A model generated the notes under the pieces. That model was not told the DNA's origin and ran no database searches. It was given only the letters and a program-made list of their open reading frames with translations. Positions 19,356 to 27,785 of a DNA stretch of 64,000 bases are shown here, in pieces (position 1 is the first letter of the stretch; each line of letters begins with the position of its first letter). The position numbers were made by a program, and so were the translations under genes. Location: NCBI GenBank assembly GCA_041477875.1, contig JBGOVA010000002.1, positions 71 through 64,070 on the forward strand, written 5' to 3'. This stretch comes from Micropepsaceae bacterium. GTDB taxonomy: Bacteria; Pseudomonadota; Alphaproteobacteria; Micropepsales; Micropepsaceae.

Positions 19356-19820
19356 TCAGCTCTTGGCGTTGTCGCGGGTCAGCAGCCGCTCGATCTCGTG
19401 AATGGGGTGCTTCGTGAGATCTTTGTCGATCTCGCCGATGATCTTGCCCTTGAGCGAGTCCGAGAACGAATGGCGCAGCTCGGCGAGCGTTTTCGGCGGT
19501 GCCACGACGAGGAGCGCGGAGATGTCGCCGGCGGTGTTGCGGGCGTCGAGCATCGTCGCGACGTGTTGCGCGAAGCGATGCTCGGCAATGTCGTGCCAGT
19601 CGGTTTGCTCGACGCTGCTGTGGCGGCCCGTCAAGTGATCCGTCGTGCGGCCGGGCCGATCCTTGCCGATTTGTGAGGTCGCAGGATTGGCTGCATCTTT
19701 GAATACATCGGACGCTCTGAGATTCGGAAACGCGGCGTCGCCCTCATTGCGCAGCACCAGCGCTTTTCGGCCGTCGCCCACGAGGACCCATGCCTTATGC
19801 GGCAGTGAAATTTTCGTCAT
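19356..19820 (-). CDS. Host-attachment family protein (PF10116/baeRF-like)
   Basis: [14 protein letters not shown]...GKDRPGRT...FAQHVATML...[14 protein letters not shown]...[11 protein letters not shown] matches my recollection of the family pattern. Confidence 0.7.
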   Translation of the reverse strand: MTKISLPHKAWVLVGDGRKALVLRNEGDAAFPNLRASDVFKDAANPATSQIGKDRPGRTTDHLTGRHSSVEQTDWHDIAEHRFAQHVATMLDARNTAGDISALLVVAPPKTLAELRHSFSDSLKGKIIGEIDKDLTKHPIHEIERLLTRDNAKS

Positions 19821-19895
19821 TCTGAGATCTCCCGGTTTTCTGCGGTGACGGCACGGAAAGGCGGATTTTGATACACCGCCTTCAAATAAGCGAAT

Positions 19896-19909
19896 TTGAG
19901 GTGCCTCGA
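19896..19909. promoter_or_regulatory. Weak FNR/FixK-like site TTGAGGTGCCTCGA (one mismatch)
   Basis: It lies 76-89 nt upstream of the host-attachment gene ATG. A TATCAA -10-like hexamer (reverse complement of 19868-19873) is at class II spacing. Confidence 0.3.
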
Positions 19910-19943
19910 GCTGTTGGACCGGCGCGCGCCGGTTTCGGTCGCC

Positions 19944-20627
19944 TTACCGCTTTCCGGCGGCACTCGCTTGGACGGCGCTTTCGGGCAAGAGATACAGATT
20001 AAACCAATGAGCCGCCGCGTCGGTCATGCGTTCGAGCGTTCCCTCTTCTTCGAACAAGTGGGTCGCATGAGGGATGACTTCCAGATGCTTCAGGCATGTC
20101 AGGTGACGCAGGGCGTCCGTGTTCAATTCGATGACCGCATGGTCGGCGCCGCCGACGATGAGGAGCGTCGGTGCGCGAACGTGGCCTAGGTCGACGCCGG
20201 CCAAGTCGGGCCGTCCGCCGCGCGAGACGACCGCCCTGACGCTTCCCAGAAGCCGCGCGGCGGCGGCCAAAGCGGCGGCGGCGCCCGTGCTGGCGCCGAA
20301 CAGTCCAACGGGCAGGTGCTCGGTTCGTGGATCGTGCCTGATCCAATCCACGGCTTGGATGACACGCGCGGTGAGCAACTCGATGTCGAATACGTTGTGA
20401 CGCGCGCGCGCCTCTTCAACGGTGAGCAGGTCAAGCAGCAGGGTCGCGAAATTTCGCGCGTGCAGTGCAGCTGCGACCTTGGCATTACGGGGGCTGTTTC
20501 TGCTGCTGCCGCTTCCGTGCGCGAAAACAACGACGCCGCGCGCCCTGTCGGGGACGGAAAGAATTCCCGCAAGCGCACCCGGCCCGACGCTCACGTCCTC
20601 GCGACTTGCAAAATAGCCCTCAACCAT
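19944..20627 (-). CDS. Dienelactone hydrolase-family alpha/beta hydrolase
   Basis: This uses the internal ATG (MVEGYFASRED...). VVVFAHGSGSSRNSPRN and the nucleophile elbow GASTGAAAAL are present. Confidence 0.8.
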   Translation of the reverse strand: MVEGYFASREDVSVGPGALAGILSVPDRARGVVVFAHGSGSSRNSPRNAKVAAALHARNFATLLLDLLTVEEARARHNVFDIELLTARVIQAVDWIRHDPRTEHLPVGLFGASTGAAAALAAAARLLGSVRAVVSRGGRPDLAGVDLGHVRAPTLLIVGGADHAVIELNTDALRHLTCLKHLEVIPHATHLFEEEGTLERMTDAAAHWFNLYLLPESAVQASAAGKR

Positions 20628-20679
20628 GTCCGGTTTCCTACATTCTAGCGCAGCATGGGTCGACGAACGCCACCGGCGA

Positions 20680-20693
20680 TTGATCCTGATCAA
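20680..20693. promoter_or_regulatory. Consensus FNR/FixK anaerobox TTGATCCTGATCAA
   Basis: It is a perfect TTGAT-N4-ATCAA palindrome. It lies in the divergent gap between the dienelactone hydrolase gene (ATG 20627) and the USP gene (ATG 20795). Confidence 0.7.
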
Positions 20694-20794
20694 TCCGATC
20701 CAAGATTCTCACTGAATCGCCCGAAACCTTGATTTGGCGCAAATGGCGGTTCGCGTGACGGCGCTAGCGTGAGCGTAATAGAAAGGGGTCCATC

Positions 20795-21667
20795 GTGTCT
20801 TACCGCAAAATTCTCGTGCCTGTCTTCGGTTCAGCTCACGATCGCGCGGCAGTACAAGCCGCATTCAGCCTCGGCAAACAGTTCAACGCGCACGTCGAAG
20901 CGCTGTTCGTCAAACTCGACCCCGTGTCGGCACTGCCTTACGGCTACCTCGATGGCGACATCAGCGGATACTCGGCGCAATATGCGATCGAAGCGGCGAT
21001 CAAAGCGGCCGAGCACGCGCAGAAGGCGGCTCAGGGTACGTTCGACAAGGCGGTCGACAAGAGCGGCATCAAGGTCAGCGCAAAGCCGGGTGCGAGTCCT
21101 AATGCATCGGCGGAGTTCAAGATCGTACAGGGTGACTTCGCGGGCGAAATCGAGCGTAGGAGCCGTATCTGCGACCTGATCGTATTCGGCGCCACATCGA
21201 GCGACGCGGCGTTCGCGAACATACGCGAGGGTTTTGAAGGCGCGCTGCTCAGCGGCTCGCGTCCGGTTCTGTTCGTTCCGAAGGAAACGGCGGACGTCCC
21301 GGGTCGCAACATCGCGATCGCCTACGACGGCAGCGCGACTGCGGCCCATGCCGTCACGGCGGCGTTGCCGTTTCTCGCGCGAGCGAAGGAGCTGCACGCG
21401 TTCGAGATCACCGCCGAAAAGGGGACAGCGCTCGCCGAGTTGCAAGAGTACCTCGCGCTACGCGGACTGACGGCCGTGGAGCATGTTGTCGATCCCGGGC
21501 CCAAGACCACTGCGGAAGCGCTGTTGCTCGCCGTCGGAGCGCACAAGTGCGACCTGCTGGTGCTCGGCGGTTATGGCCACAGCCGAATCCGCGAATTCGT
21601 TTTGGGCGGCGTGACGCGCCACGTGTTGCGCCACGGCGCGCCGCTTGCGGTGCTGATGGCGCACTGA
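20795..21667 (+). CDS. Tandem-domain universal stress protein (UspA family)
   Basis: The 290-aa protein has two Usp domains. The C-terminal motif is LLVLGGYGHSRIREFVLGGVTRHVL. Confidence 0.85.
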   Translation: MSYRKILVPVFGSAHDRAAVQAAFSLGKQFNAHVEALFVKLDPVSALPYGYLDGDISGYSAQYAIEAAIKAAEHAQKAAQGTFDKAVDKSGIKVSAKPGASPNASAEFKIVQGDFAGEIERRSRICDLIVFGATSSDAAFANIREGFEGALLSGSRPVLFVPKETADVPGRNIAIAYDGSATAAHAVTAALPFLARAKELHAFEITAEKGTALAELQEYLALRGLTAVEHVVDPGPKTTAEALLLAVGAHKCDLLVLGGYGHSRIREFVLGGVTRHVLRHGAPLAVLMAH

Positions 21668-21738
21668 GATCGACGGCGCATGAGGTTACGGGTGCAGCAT
21701 CGAGAGGTCCTGACGGGAACGGGAGGCTAGGGACGATC

Positions 21739-23004
21739 ATGTTCACGGCATTGGCTGCAATCCTGCGGCGGATCGTCAAATCGGGGCGGTTGTCGCTGAT
21801 CGATTGCAGGGGACGGCGGATCGAGTTGGGAGATACGAGCGACGCGAGCGCAAAGCCCATCGTCATGCGTTTGAACGATCGGCTGGTAGCGTTCGACCTG
21901 ATCCGGAATCCCCAACTTACACTCGGTGAAGCCTACATGGACGGCCGGTTTACGATCGAAGGCGGCACGATCGCCGACCTTCTCGAGTTGCTCGCGCGCA
22001 ATATCGGCACGGGGTATGGCGGCGGATACATCGACTGGATCGCCAAGGTTCGCTATGCCGGGCGCCGGTTCATGCAACGCAACGGCTACGATCTGTCAAA
22101 GCAAAACGTTGCCCATCATTACGACCTGTCGGGCCAGCTCTACGATCTGTTCTTGGATTCCGACAAACAGTATTCCTGCGCCTTCTATGAAAAACCGTCG
22201 GACACGCTCGAAGCGGCGCAGCTCAACAAGAAGCGGCGCATTGCGGCGAAGCTCGACCTGAAGCCCGGGCACACGGTGCTCGACATCGGTTCCGGTTGGG
22301 GAGGTTTGGGGCTTCATCTCGCGCGCACGTCTGGCGCGGACGTGACGGGAATCACGCTGTCGCACGAGCAACTCAAAATCGCCAACGAACGTGTGAGTGG
22401 GGCGCAACTGTCCGATCGCCTGCGCTTTCGCCTGGAAGACTATCGGCAGACGGGCGGAAAATTCGATCGCATCGTGTCGGTCGGCATGTTCGAGCACGTC
22501 GGGCTTCCGGCGTACGGCGCATTCTTCGAGAAGATCTCGTCGCTGCTGCGCGACGACGGCGTTGCGCTCATTCACTCGATCGGCCGCAGCGACGGGCGCG
22601 GCGTGACCAATCCATGGATCGCCAGATACATCTTTCCGGGTGGATATTCGCCGGCGCTAAGCGAGGTCTTGCCCGCGGTGGAGCGTGCGGGCCTGATCGT
22701 AACCGATATCGAGATATTGCGTCTCCACTACGCGCATACGCTCGCCGAATGGCGCAGACGGTTCGTTGCGAATTGGGGGCGTGCGAAACGACTCTATGAC
22801 GAACGTTTTTGCCGCATGTGGGAATTCTATCTCGCGGGTTCGGAAATGGCGTTCCGCTATCAAGGGCATGTGGTGTTCCAGCTTCAGCTGGCCAAACGGG
22901 CCGATACCTTGCCGCTCACGCGCGATTATATGATGCCCATGCGGGATCGCAAAAGTTCGCGGTCGTTGGAAGCTGCGAGCGCACCGAACCCGGTCGCCGC
23001 ATAG
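21739..23004 (+). CDS. cfa: Cyclopropane-fatty-acyl-phospholipid synthase
   Basis: This uses the internal ATG (MFTALAAILRR...). HYDLSGQLYDLFLDSDKQYSCAFY and the SAM motif VLDIGSGWGGL are present. It is a paralogue of 58053..59324. Confidence 0.9.
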   Translation: MFTALAAILRRIVKSGRLSLIDCRGRRIELGDTSDASAKPIVMRLNDRLVAFDLIRNPQLTLGEAYMDGRFTIEGGTIADLLELLARNIGTGYGGGYIDWIAKVRYAGRRFMQRNGYDLSKQNVAHHYDLSGQLYDLFLDSDKQYSCAFYEKPSDTLEAAQLNKKRRIAAKLDLKPGHTVLDIGSGWGGLGLHLARTSGADVTGITLSHEQLKIANERVSGAQLSDRLRFRLEDYRQTGGKFDRIVSVGMFEHVGLPAYGAFFEKISSLLRDDGVALIHSIGRSDGRGVTNPWIARYIFPGGYSPALSEVLPAVERAGLIVTDIEILRLHYAHTLAEWRRRFVANWGRAKRLYDERFCRMWEFYLAGSEMAFRYQGHVVFQLQLAKRADTLPLTRDYMMPMRDRKSSRSLEAASAPNPVAA

Positions 23005-23076
23005 AGCGAGCGTGCTCCTGCGCGGTGCACGCTCCAACGCTGCACTGATATAGCGCGCGCCGATTTCGCCGCGGTC

Positions 23077-23090
23077 TTGAGGTGGATCAA
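23077..23090. promoter_or_regulatory. FNR/FixK-type box TTGAGGTGGATCAA
   Basis: It is a perfect TTGA-N6-TCAA, 107-120 nt upstream of ATG 23197. A TATTGA -10-like hexamer at 23112-23117 is at class II spacing. Confidence 0.6.
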
Positions 23091-23196
23091 CGACACCAAA
23101 TCTCCCGGTCGTATTGAGCAGACGTGGCTGCGCCTTTTCATGCGCTTTGTGCAGTCCTGCTATCGAAGACAAAACCTGGGTAAAAGGAGCAGCAGA

Positions 23197-24144
23197 ATGA
23201 GACGCATTGCGATTCTTATGATGGCCGCGTCGCTGATCGGCAGCGCGGCCGTAGCGCAACCGGGACCTGGGCCTGGTGGGCCAGGTGGACCAGCCTGCGG
23301 GCAGCCGGGCCAACCGCCGTGTGGTCAACCCGGCCAGCCTCCCGGCGGTCAACGAGGACAAGGGCCTCGCGGTCAGCAGGGTCAACCCCCCGGTGGTCAG
23401 CCTCCCGGCGGTCAGCAAGGTCAACCTCCCGGTGGGCAATATGGTCCACCTCCAGGCGGTCAGGCCGGTCCACCGCCCGGCGGTCCGCGCTGGTCGCGCG
23501 GCGATCGTTTGCCGCCGCAGTATCGTCAGGATCAATTTGCGGTTCCGAATTGGCGACAGAACAATTTGTCTCCCCCGCCGCGCGGTTATCGCTGGATGTG
23601 CTACCAGCGCGGAAACTGCTTTCTCGTCGCGGACAGGACGGGGATCATCCGCCAAACACAGTGGCGCGACGATCGCGACTACAATTGGCGGCAACGCTAT
23701 TCGCGCACTTACACCTATAACGACGATATCTACTATCGCGAGTGCCGCGACCGCGCCGACCCGGCGGGCATCCTGATCGGCGGGTTGATCGGTGGGCTGC
23801 TTGGTCGAGCCGCGGGCGACGATCGCGCCGGCGCGACCTTCGCCGGCATCATCATCGGCGGCGCGATCGGCGCGGCCTTGACGCGCGATATGGATTGCGA
23901 CGATCGCGGCTATGCGTATCACGCCTATTATGACGGACTGAACGGCGGACGTCCGGGCGTGGCGTATCGCTGGCGCAATCCGCGCAACAATCATCGCGGC
24001 GATTTCCGCGTGCGCAGCTATTACTACGACAATTACGGCTTCCACTGCGCGAACTACCGCCACACTGTCTGGCTCAACCGCCAGCGCCAGGCGGACGGAC
24101 GCGCGTGCCGTCAGCCCGACGGCGCGTGGGCATTCTTGAACTGA
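23197..24144 (+). CDS. Secreted fusion protein: Gly/Gln/Pro repeat + RcnB-like domain + glycine zipper + 17-kDa-surface-antigen-like C-terminus
   Basis: The signal peptide is MRRIAILMMAASLIGSAAVA. It is followed by (GQPPGGQ)n repeats. Next comes RGDRLPPQYRQ...RGYRWMCYQRGNCFLV (RcnB-like). Then GILIGGLIGGLLG...IIIGGAIGAAL (a glycine zipper). The C-terminus is ...CRQPDGAWAFLN. Confidence 0.7.
   Translation: MRRIAILMMAASLIGSAAVAQPGPGPGGPGGPACGQPGQPPCGQPGQPPGGQRGQGPRGQQGQPPGGQPPGGQQGQPPGGQYGPPPGGQAGPPPGGPRWSRGDRLPPQYRQDQFAVPNWRQNNLSPPPRGYRWMCYQRGNCFLVADRTGIIRQTQWRDDRDYNWRQRYSRTYTYNDDIYYRECRDRADPAGILIGGLIGGLLGRAAGDDRAGATFAGIIIGGAIGAALTRDMDCDDRGYAYHAYYDGLNGGRPGVAYRWRNPRNNHRGDFRVRSYYYDNYGFHCANYRHTVWLNRQRQADGRACRQPDGAWAFLN
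23258..23490 (+). repeat. In-frame degenerate tandem repeats encoding G-Q-P-P-G-G
   Basis: ggtcaacc(c/t)cccggtgg-type units recur about 10 times inside CDS 23197..24144. Confidence 0.6.
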
Positions 24145-24199
24145 CTATCGTAGCCTTCGGCGCGGCGGCCCTACCGGCTGCCGCGCCGTCGGCCGAGCA

Positions 24200-25300
24200 T
24201 CACCCCTTCCGTCGATAGCTCATGGCGCGCAGAACGCGATCTTTCGCCAGCGCTTCGGCGGCATCGCGCGGCGCGATGCGTTCGGTCTTCGATCTCTCAA
24301 GGGTCTCGGTGGTGTTCGCCTGGACCTTTTCGCGAATTGCGGCGAACGCGCCCGCCTGCGTGCCGCCGTGATATTCGACCGAAGCGCTGATCACGCCACC
24401 GGCGTTGGCAATGAAGTCGGGCACCACGAGAACGCCCTTCTTGTGAAGCACTTGCTCCGCGTCGCGCGTGATCGGAATGTTCGCGCCCTCAAGGACAAGG
24501 CGCGCCTTCAGACGGTCGACGTTCGCCATGCCGATCACGTCGGCGCGCGCCGCCGGAATCCAGATGTCGCAATCGGCATCGACGATAGCTCCGGTGTCGC
24601 TCATCTTGCCCCGGACATGGTCGACGACGCTTTTGCCCGCGCGTTTGAGCGCGATGAGCGCCGCGATATCGAGTCCCGCGGGGTCGATGACGGTCCCCTT
24701 CGAGTCCGACGCCCCGACGAGTATCGCCCCCTTCTCCGCGAGGAAGCGAGCACCGTGCTGGCCGACGGCGCCAAATCCCTGAACGGCGACCCGCGCGCCC
24801 GACAAGCCGACGCCGCAATAGGCTTGCGCCGCCTCCCCGGCAGCGGCAAGCCCATATCCCGTCGCGCCGATTTCATCGAGCGGGATGCCGCCGAGTTCGC
24901 GCGGCAGGCCGACCGCGCGCCCGATCTCGTCGCGAACCCACGCCATCGCCGTTTCGTCCGTGCCCATGTCGGGGCCGGGAATGTAGCTCTCGATCTCCGC
25001 AATGGCGCGCGCGAAGGCGCGAATAAGGCGTTCCTTGTGCTCTGGTTGCATGGCCGGATCGCCGACGATGACGCTCTTGCCGCCGCCGTGGGGAAGGCCG
25101 GCGGCCGCGTTCTTGAACGTCATCGCGCGTGCGAGCCGAAAACACTCTTGCGCGGTCACGTCGGGCGCCATGCGCACGCCGCCGATCGCGGGACCTGCGG
25201 CCGTGTTGTCGACAACGAGAACGGCTTTGAGACCCACGAGCGGATCGTAAAGCTCGATGTGCTTTTCCGGACCAAATCGATCGGCGTTTTCGAAGCTCAA
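24200..25300 (-). CDS. Glu/Leu/Phe/Val dehydrogenase family protein
   Basis: GGVRMAPDVT...FKNAAAGLPHGGGKSVI carries the catalytic Lys motif. The Rossmann motif is VAVQGFGAVGQHGA. Confidence 0.9.
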   Translation of the reverse strand: MSFENADRFGPEKHIELYDPLVGLKAVLVVDNTAAGPAIGGVRMAPDVTAQECFRLARAMTFKNAAAGLPHGGGKSVIVGDPAMQPEHKERLIRAFARAIAEIESYIPGPDMGTDETAMAWVRDEIGRAVGLPRELGGIPLDEIGATGYGLAAAGEAAQAYCGVGLSGARVAVQGFGAVGQHGARFLAEKGAILVGASDSKGTVIDPAGLDIAALIALKRAGKSVVDHVRGKMSDTGAIVDADCDIWIPAARADVIGMANVDRLKARLVLEGANIPITRDAEQVLHKKGVLVVPDFIANAGGVISASVEYHGGTQAGAFAAIREKVQANTTETLERSKTERIAPRDAAEALAKDRVLRAMSYRRKG

Positions 25301-25380
25301 CGGAATCCTCCCGCCCTATGTGCCTGGACAGAAACGCTCGTGGGCGTCAGGTCGTCCCGGGGCGAATATGTCCTTGGGAA

Positions 25381-25394
25381 TTGAGATAGCTCAA
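25381..25394. promoter_or_regulatory. FNR/FixK-type box TTGAGATAGCTCAA (palindromic)
   Basis: It is a perfect TTGA-N6-TCAA. The centre is exactly 41.5 nt upstream of the A of ATG 25429. TATTTT lies at 25416-25421 and there is no SD sequence. The box is also 81-94 nt upstream of the divergent dehydrogenase gene. Confidence 0.7.
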
Positions 25395-25428
25395 TGTGGC
25401 CGGCCGCTGAATTGATATTTTTCCGAAA

Positions 25429-25800
25429 ATGCAAAGGCTGACTGTTGCCACGGTTGCCGTCATCGACGACGATTTCTCGGTTCGAGATTCGTTAAAGGTG
25501 CTTCTTGAGGCGAACGGTTATGCCGTCTTTCCGTTTGCGAACGGCGCGGAGTTCTTCGAGAGCGAGCCTGCGCAGAACTGCGCTTGCCTTGTGTTGGACG
25601 TGGACCTGCCGGGGCAAAACGGTTTTGAGATTCTCTCGCGTCTACGTCGGCAGGGTACTTTGACGCCCGTCATCTTGATTTCGGGGCGCGCGACGGCCGT
25701 GATGCGCGCCAAGGCGAAAACTGCGCAAACCGACCTCTTGGAAAAACCCACGCCATCTCGTGTGCTGTTGGCAAAGATCGCCGATCTCGTGGGGCGATAG
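25429..25800 (+). CDS. Single-domain FixJ-type response-regulator receiver (no output domain)
   Basis: VAVIDDDFSVRDSL...LVLDVDLPGQNGFEIL...VILISGRA...LEKP are the receiver hallmarks. The protein stops after the receiver fold. Confidence 0.8.
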   Translation: MQRLTVATVAVIDDDFSVRDSLKVLLEANGYAVFPFANGAEFFESEPAQNCACLVLDVDLPGQNGFEILSRLRRQGTLTPVILISGRATAVMRAKAKTAQTDLLEKPTPSRVLLAKIADLVGR

Positions 25801-25820
25801 GGGAGAGCTACGGATCGCGG

Positions 25821-26420
25821 TCACCCAACGTCAGCGATTTTGCTCTCTGCGTCCCGGACAAGTTTCTCGGCGAACTGCGCAATATCGAACGCGCACGCCG
25901 CAAGAAGCTTCTTGTCGGGGTGATTTCTCGAACTCTCGATTTCCTCCGCCCACAACCTCGCCAACTCTCGCCAGTCCTCGGCTTTCGCGAGCTGACTTGA
26001 AGTTGGCAGGGCTTCCTGTGCTCGAAGGTTCACCATGAGAGATTCGAAACTCAGCCCCGCCCAAAGGCGGTGTGAGTTTACTATCGTCGTATCGATCAAG
26101 GCGCGCGCGGTCTCGAGCTTCTGAACGGCATCGTCGAGTTCGGTCGCCAATCGGTTCAGCGTCGCGCAAACTTCGGCGTCGCCAAGCAGTCGGCCGACCC
26201 TCCGATAACGATCGGCGCGCGATTGCAGGTTTTGAATTTGCTGGCCGAGCAGTTCGGGGCCCATCGGCTTGGCCGCTCCCGTAAAGCACATCCGAGGATC
26301 ATCTGTTAAGGATGCGCGTTGTTGGCGGCCGACGCAAGGCGAATGTGCGGTATCGTACATTTGGCCGATTTCGTTCAACTGCTGATGACGAATGCGACGC
26401 ATGACCAGTTGGTCATTCAT
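25821..26420 (-). CDS. Hypothetical helical protein
   Basis: This is ORF 25821..26465 with a probable start at the internal ATG (MNDQLVMRRI...). I recognise no family, and codon usage is moderately typical. Confidence 0.4.
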   Translation of the reverse strand: MNDQLVMRRIRHQQLNEIGQMYDTAHSPCVGRQQRASLTDDPRMCFTGAAKPMGPELLGQQIQNLQSRADRYRRVGRLLGDAEVCATLNRLATELDDAVQKLETARALIDTTIVNSHRLWAGLSFESLMVNLRAQEALPTSSQLAKAEDWRELARLWAEEIESSRNHPDKKLLAACAFDIAQFAEKLVRDAESKIADVG

Positions 26421-26474
26421 GCCGGAAGTATGAATTCGCGTCTCGCGGTCGCTAGGCGCGCGCATGCAGTGAAC

Positions 26475-26488
26475 TTGACTTGGGTCAA
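26475..26488. promoter_or_regulatory. FNR/FixK-type box TTGACTTGGGTCAA (palindromic)
   Basis: It is a perfect TTGAC-N4-GTCAA. The centre is exactly 41.5 nt upstream of the A of the macA-like ATG at 26523. A TAAAAT -10 lies at 26511-26516 and there is no SD sequence. Confidence 0.7.
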
Positions 26489-26522
26489 GCGCGCCGGGCG
26501 CGCCGGGTTGTAAAATTCAAGA

Positions 26523-27785
26523 ATGCAGCTTCAACGAAACGACGTACGAACAATTCTCGCGCGCGGCCGCGCGGCGGATTGGACGCGCCTGCTGCCGCCG
26601 GGTTGGGTTTTTGTCGCGCTGTCGGTGTTGGTGGCGGTCGCGGCGTTCTATTGGTTTGCCGTCGGCAGCGGGTCGGCCGAAACGCAATATCTCACAGAAA
26701 CCGTTTCGCGCGGCGATGTGACCGTCACGGTGCGGGCCACCGGCACGATCGAGCCGACGGACGAAGTCGACATCTCAAGCGAATTGTCGGGAACGATGCG
26801 CTCGGTCGACGTCGACTACAACGACAGGGTCCAGAAAGGCCAAGTCCTCGCCCAATTGGACACGGAGAGCCTTGAGGCGCAAATCGCGCGCGCCCGCGCG
26901 ACGTTGGCCCTGAAGCAAGGGAAGGTCAGCGAGATCGAAGCGACAGTTGGCGAAACCAAAGCCACTCACAACAGGGCCGTCGTGTTGTTTCGCCAGCAGG
27001 CTCTGTCGCGGCAAGAATTGGAGTCCGCGCGCGCGACCTATGATCGGGCAACCGCCTCGCTCACCAGTGCGAAGGCGGACGTCGCGACCGCGCGTGCCGA
27101 CCTGAAGGTCTACGAGACGAATCTCGGAAAGGCCAAGATCCGCTCGCCCATCAACGGCATCGTCCTTGATCGCAACGTCGAGCCGGGACAAACGGTGGCG
27201 TCTTCGTTGCAGGCGCCGGTGCTGTTCAAGCTCGCCGAGGACTTGAAGCGCATGCAGCTTGAAGTCGACATCGACGAAGCGGATGTCGGCAAGGTGAACA
27301 CGGGCAACGGCGCGATATTTTGGGTCGAGGCGTTTCAAGACCGCACGTTCCCGGCAAAGATTTCGGAAGTGCGGTATTCGCCCGAAACCGTCGACGGCGT
27401 CGTGACCTACAAGGCCGTTCTGACCATCGACAATTCCGAACTGCTGCTGCGCCCCGGCATGACGGCGACCACCGACATCAAGGTCGAAGAGCTGAAGAAC
27501 GCCGTGCTCGTTCCCAACGCCGCACTGCGCTTCACGCCGCCGGTCGAGACCGGCACGAAAACGAACCGCTCGTGGCTGCGCAGCCTCATGCCGGGGCCGC
27601 CGCGGCGCAGCGCCCAGAGCGCCGCACCCGCAGGCACGGGCAAGTCGGTGTGGGTTTTGGTCGGCGGCCAGCCGGTCGAGCGCCCGATCAAGACGGGTGC
27701 GACGGACGGCATCCACACCGCCGTCGTAAGCGGCGAGCTTGCACCCGGCGACAAGATCATCGTCGACACCGAAACGAGCGGATGA
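26523..27785 (+). CDS. Efflux periplasmic adaptor subunit (MacA-like)
   Basis: It has an N-terminal TM helix, a coiled-coil hairpin and the lipoyl/beta-barrel motifs IRSPINGIVL, GQTVAS and PVLFKLAEDL. Confidence 0.85.
   Translation: MQLQRNDVRTILARGRAADWTRLLPPGWVFVALSVLVAVAAFYWFAVGSGSAETQYLTETVSRGDVTVTVRATGTIEPTDEVDISSELSGTMRSVDVDYNDRVQKGQVLAQLDTESLEAQIARARATLALKQGKVSEIEATVGETKATHNRAVVLFRQQALSRQELESARATYDRATASLTSAKADVATARADLKVYETNLGKAKIRSPINGIVLDRNVEPGQTVASSLQAPVLFKLAEDLKRMQLEVDIDEADVGKVNTGNGAIFWVEAFQDRTFPAKISEVRYSPETVDGVVTYKAVLTIDNSELLLRPGMTATTDIKVEELKNAVLVPNAALRFTPPVETGTKTNRSWLRSLMPGPPRRSAQSAAPAGTGKSVWVLVGGQPVERPIKTGATDGIHTAVVSGELAPGDKIIVDTETSG

Noticed and set aside
19918-19933. The perfect palindrome ACCGGCGCGCGCCGGT after the dienelactone hydrolase gene, and the GC hairpin at 24158-24190, as intrinsic terminators.
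   Set aside because: The stems are strong. However, no U-tract follows on the relevant strand, so I did not list them as terminators.
22657-24063. A 468-aa minus-strand ORF.
   Set aside because: It is antisense to the cfa 3-prime end and to the RcnB-like gene. Its repetitive content mirrors the GQPP repeats on the other strand.
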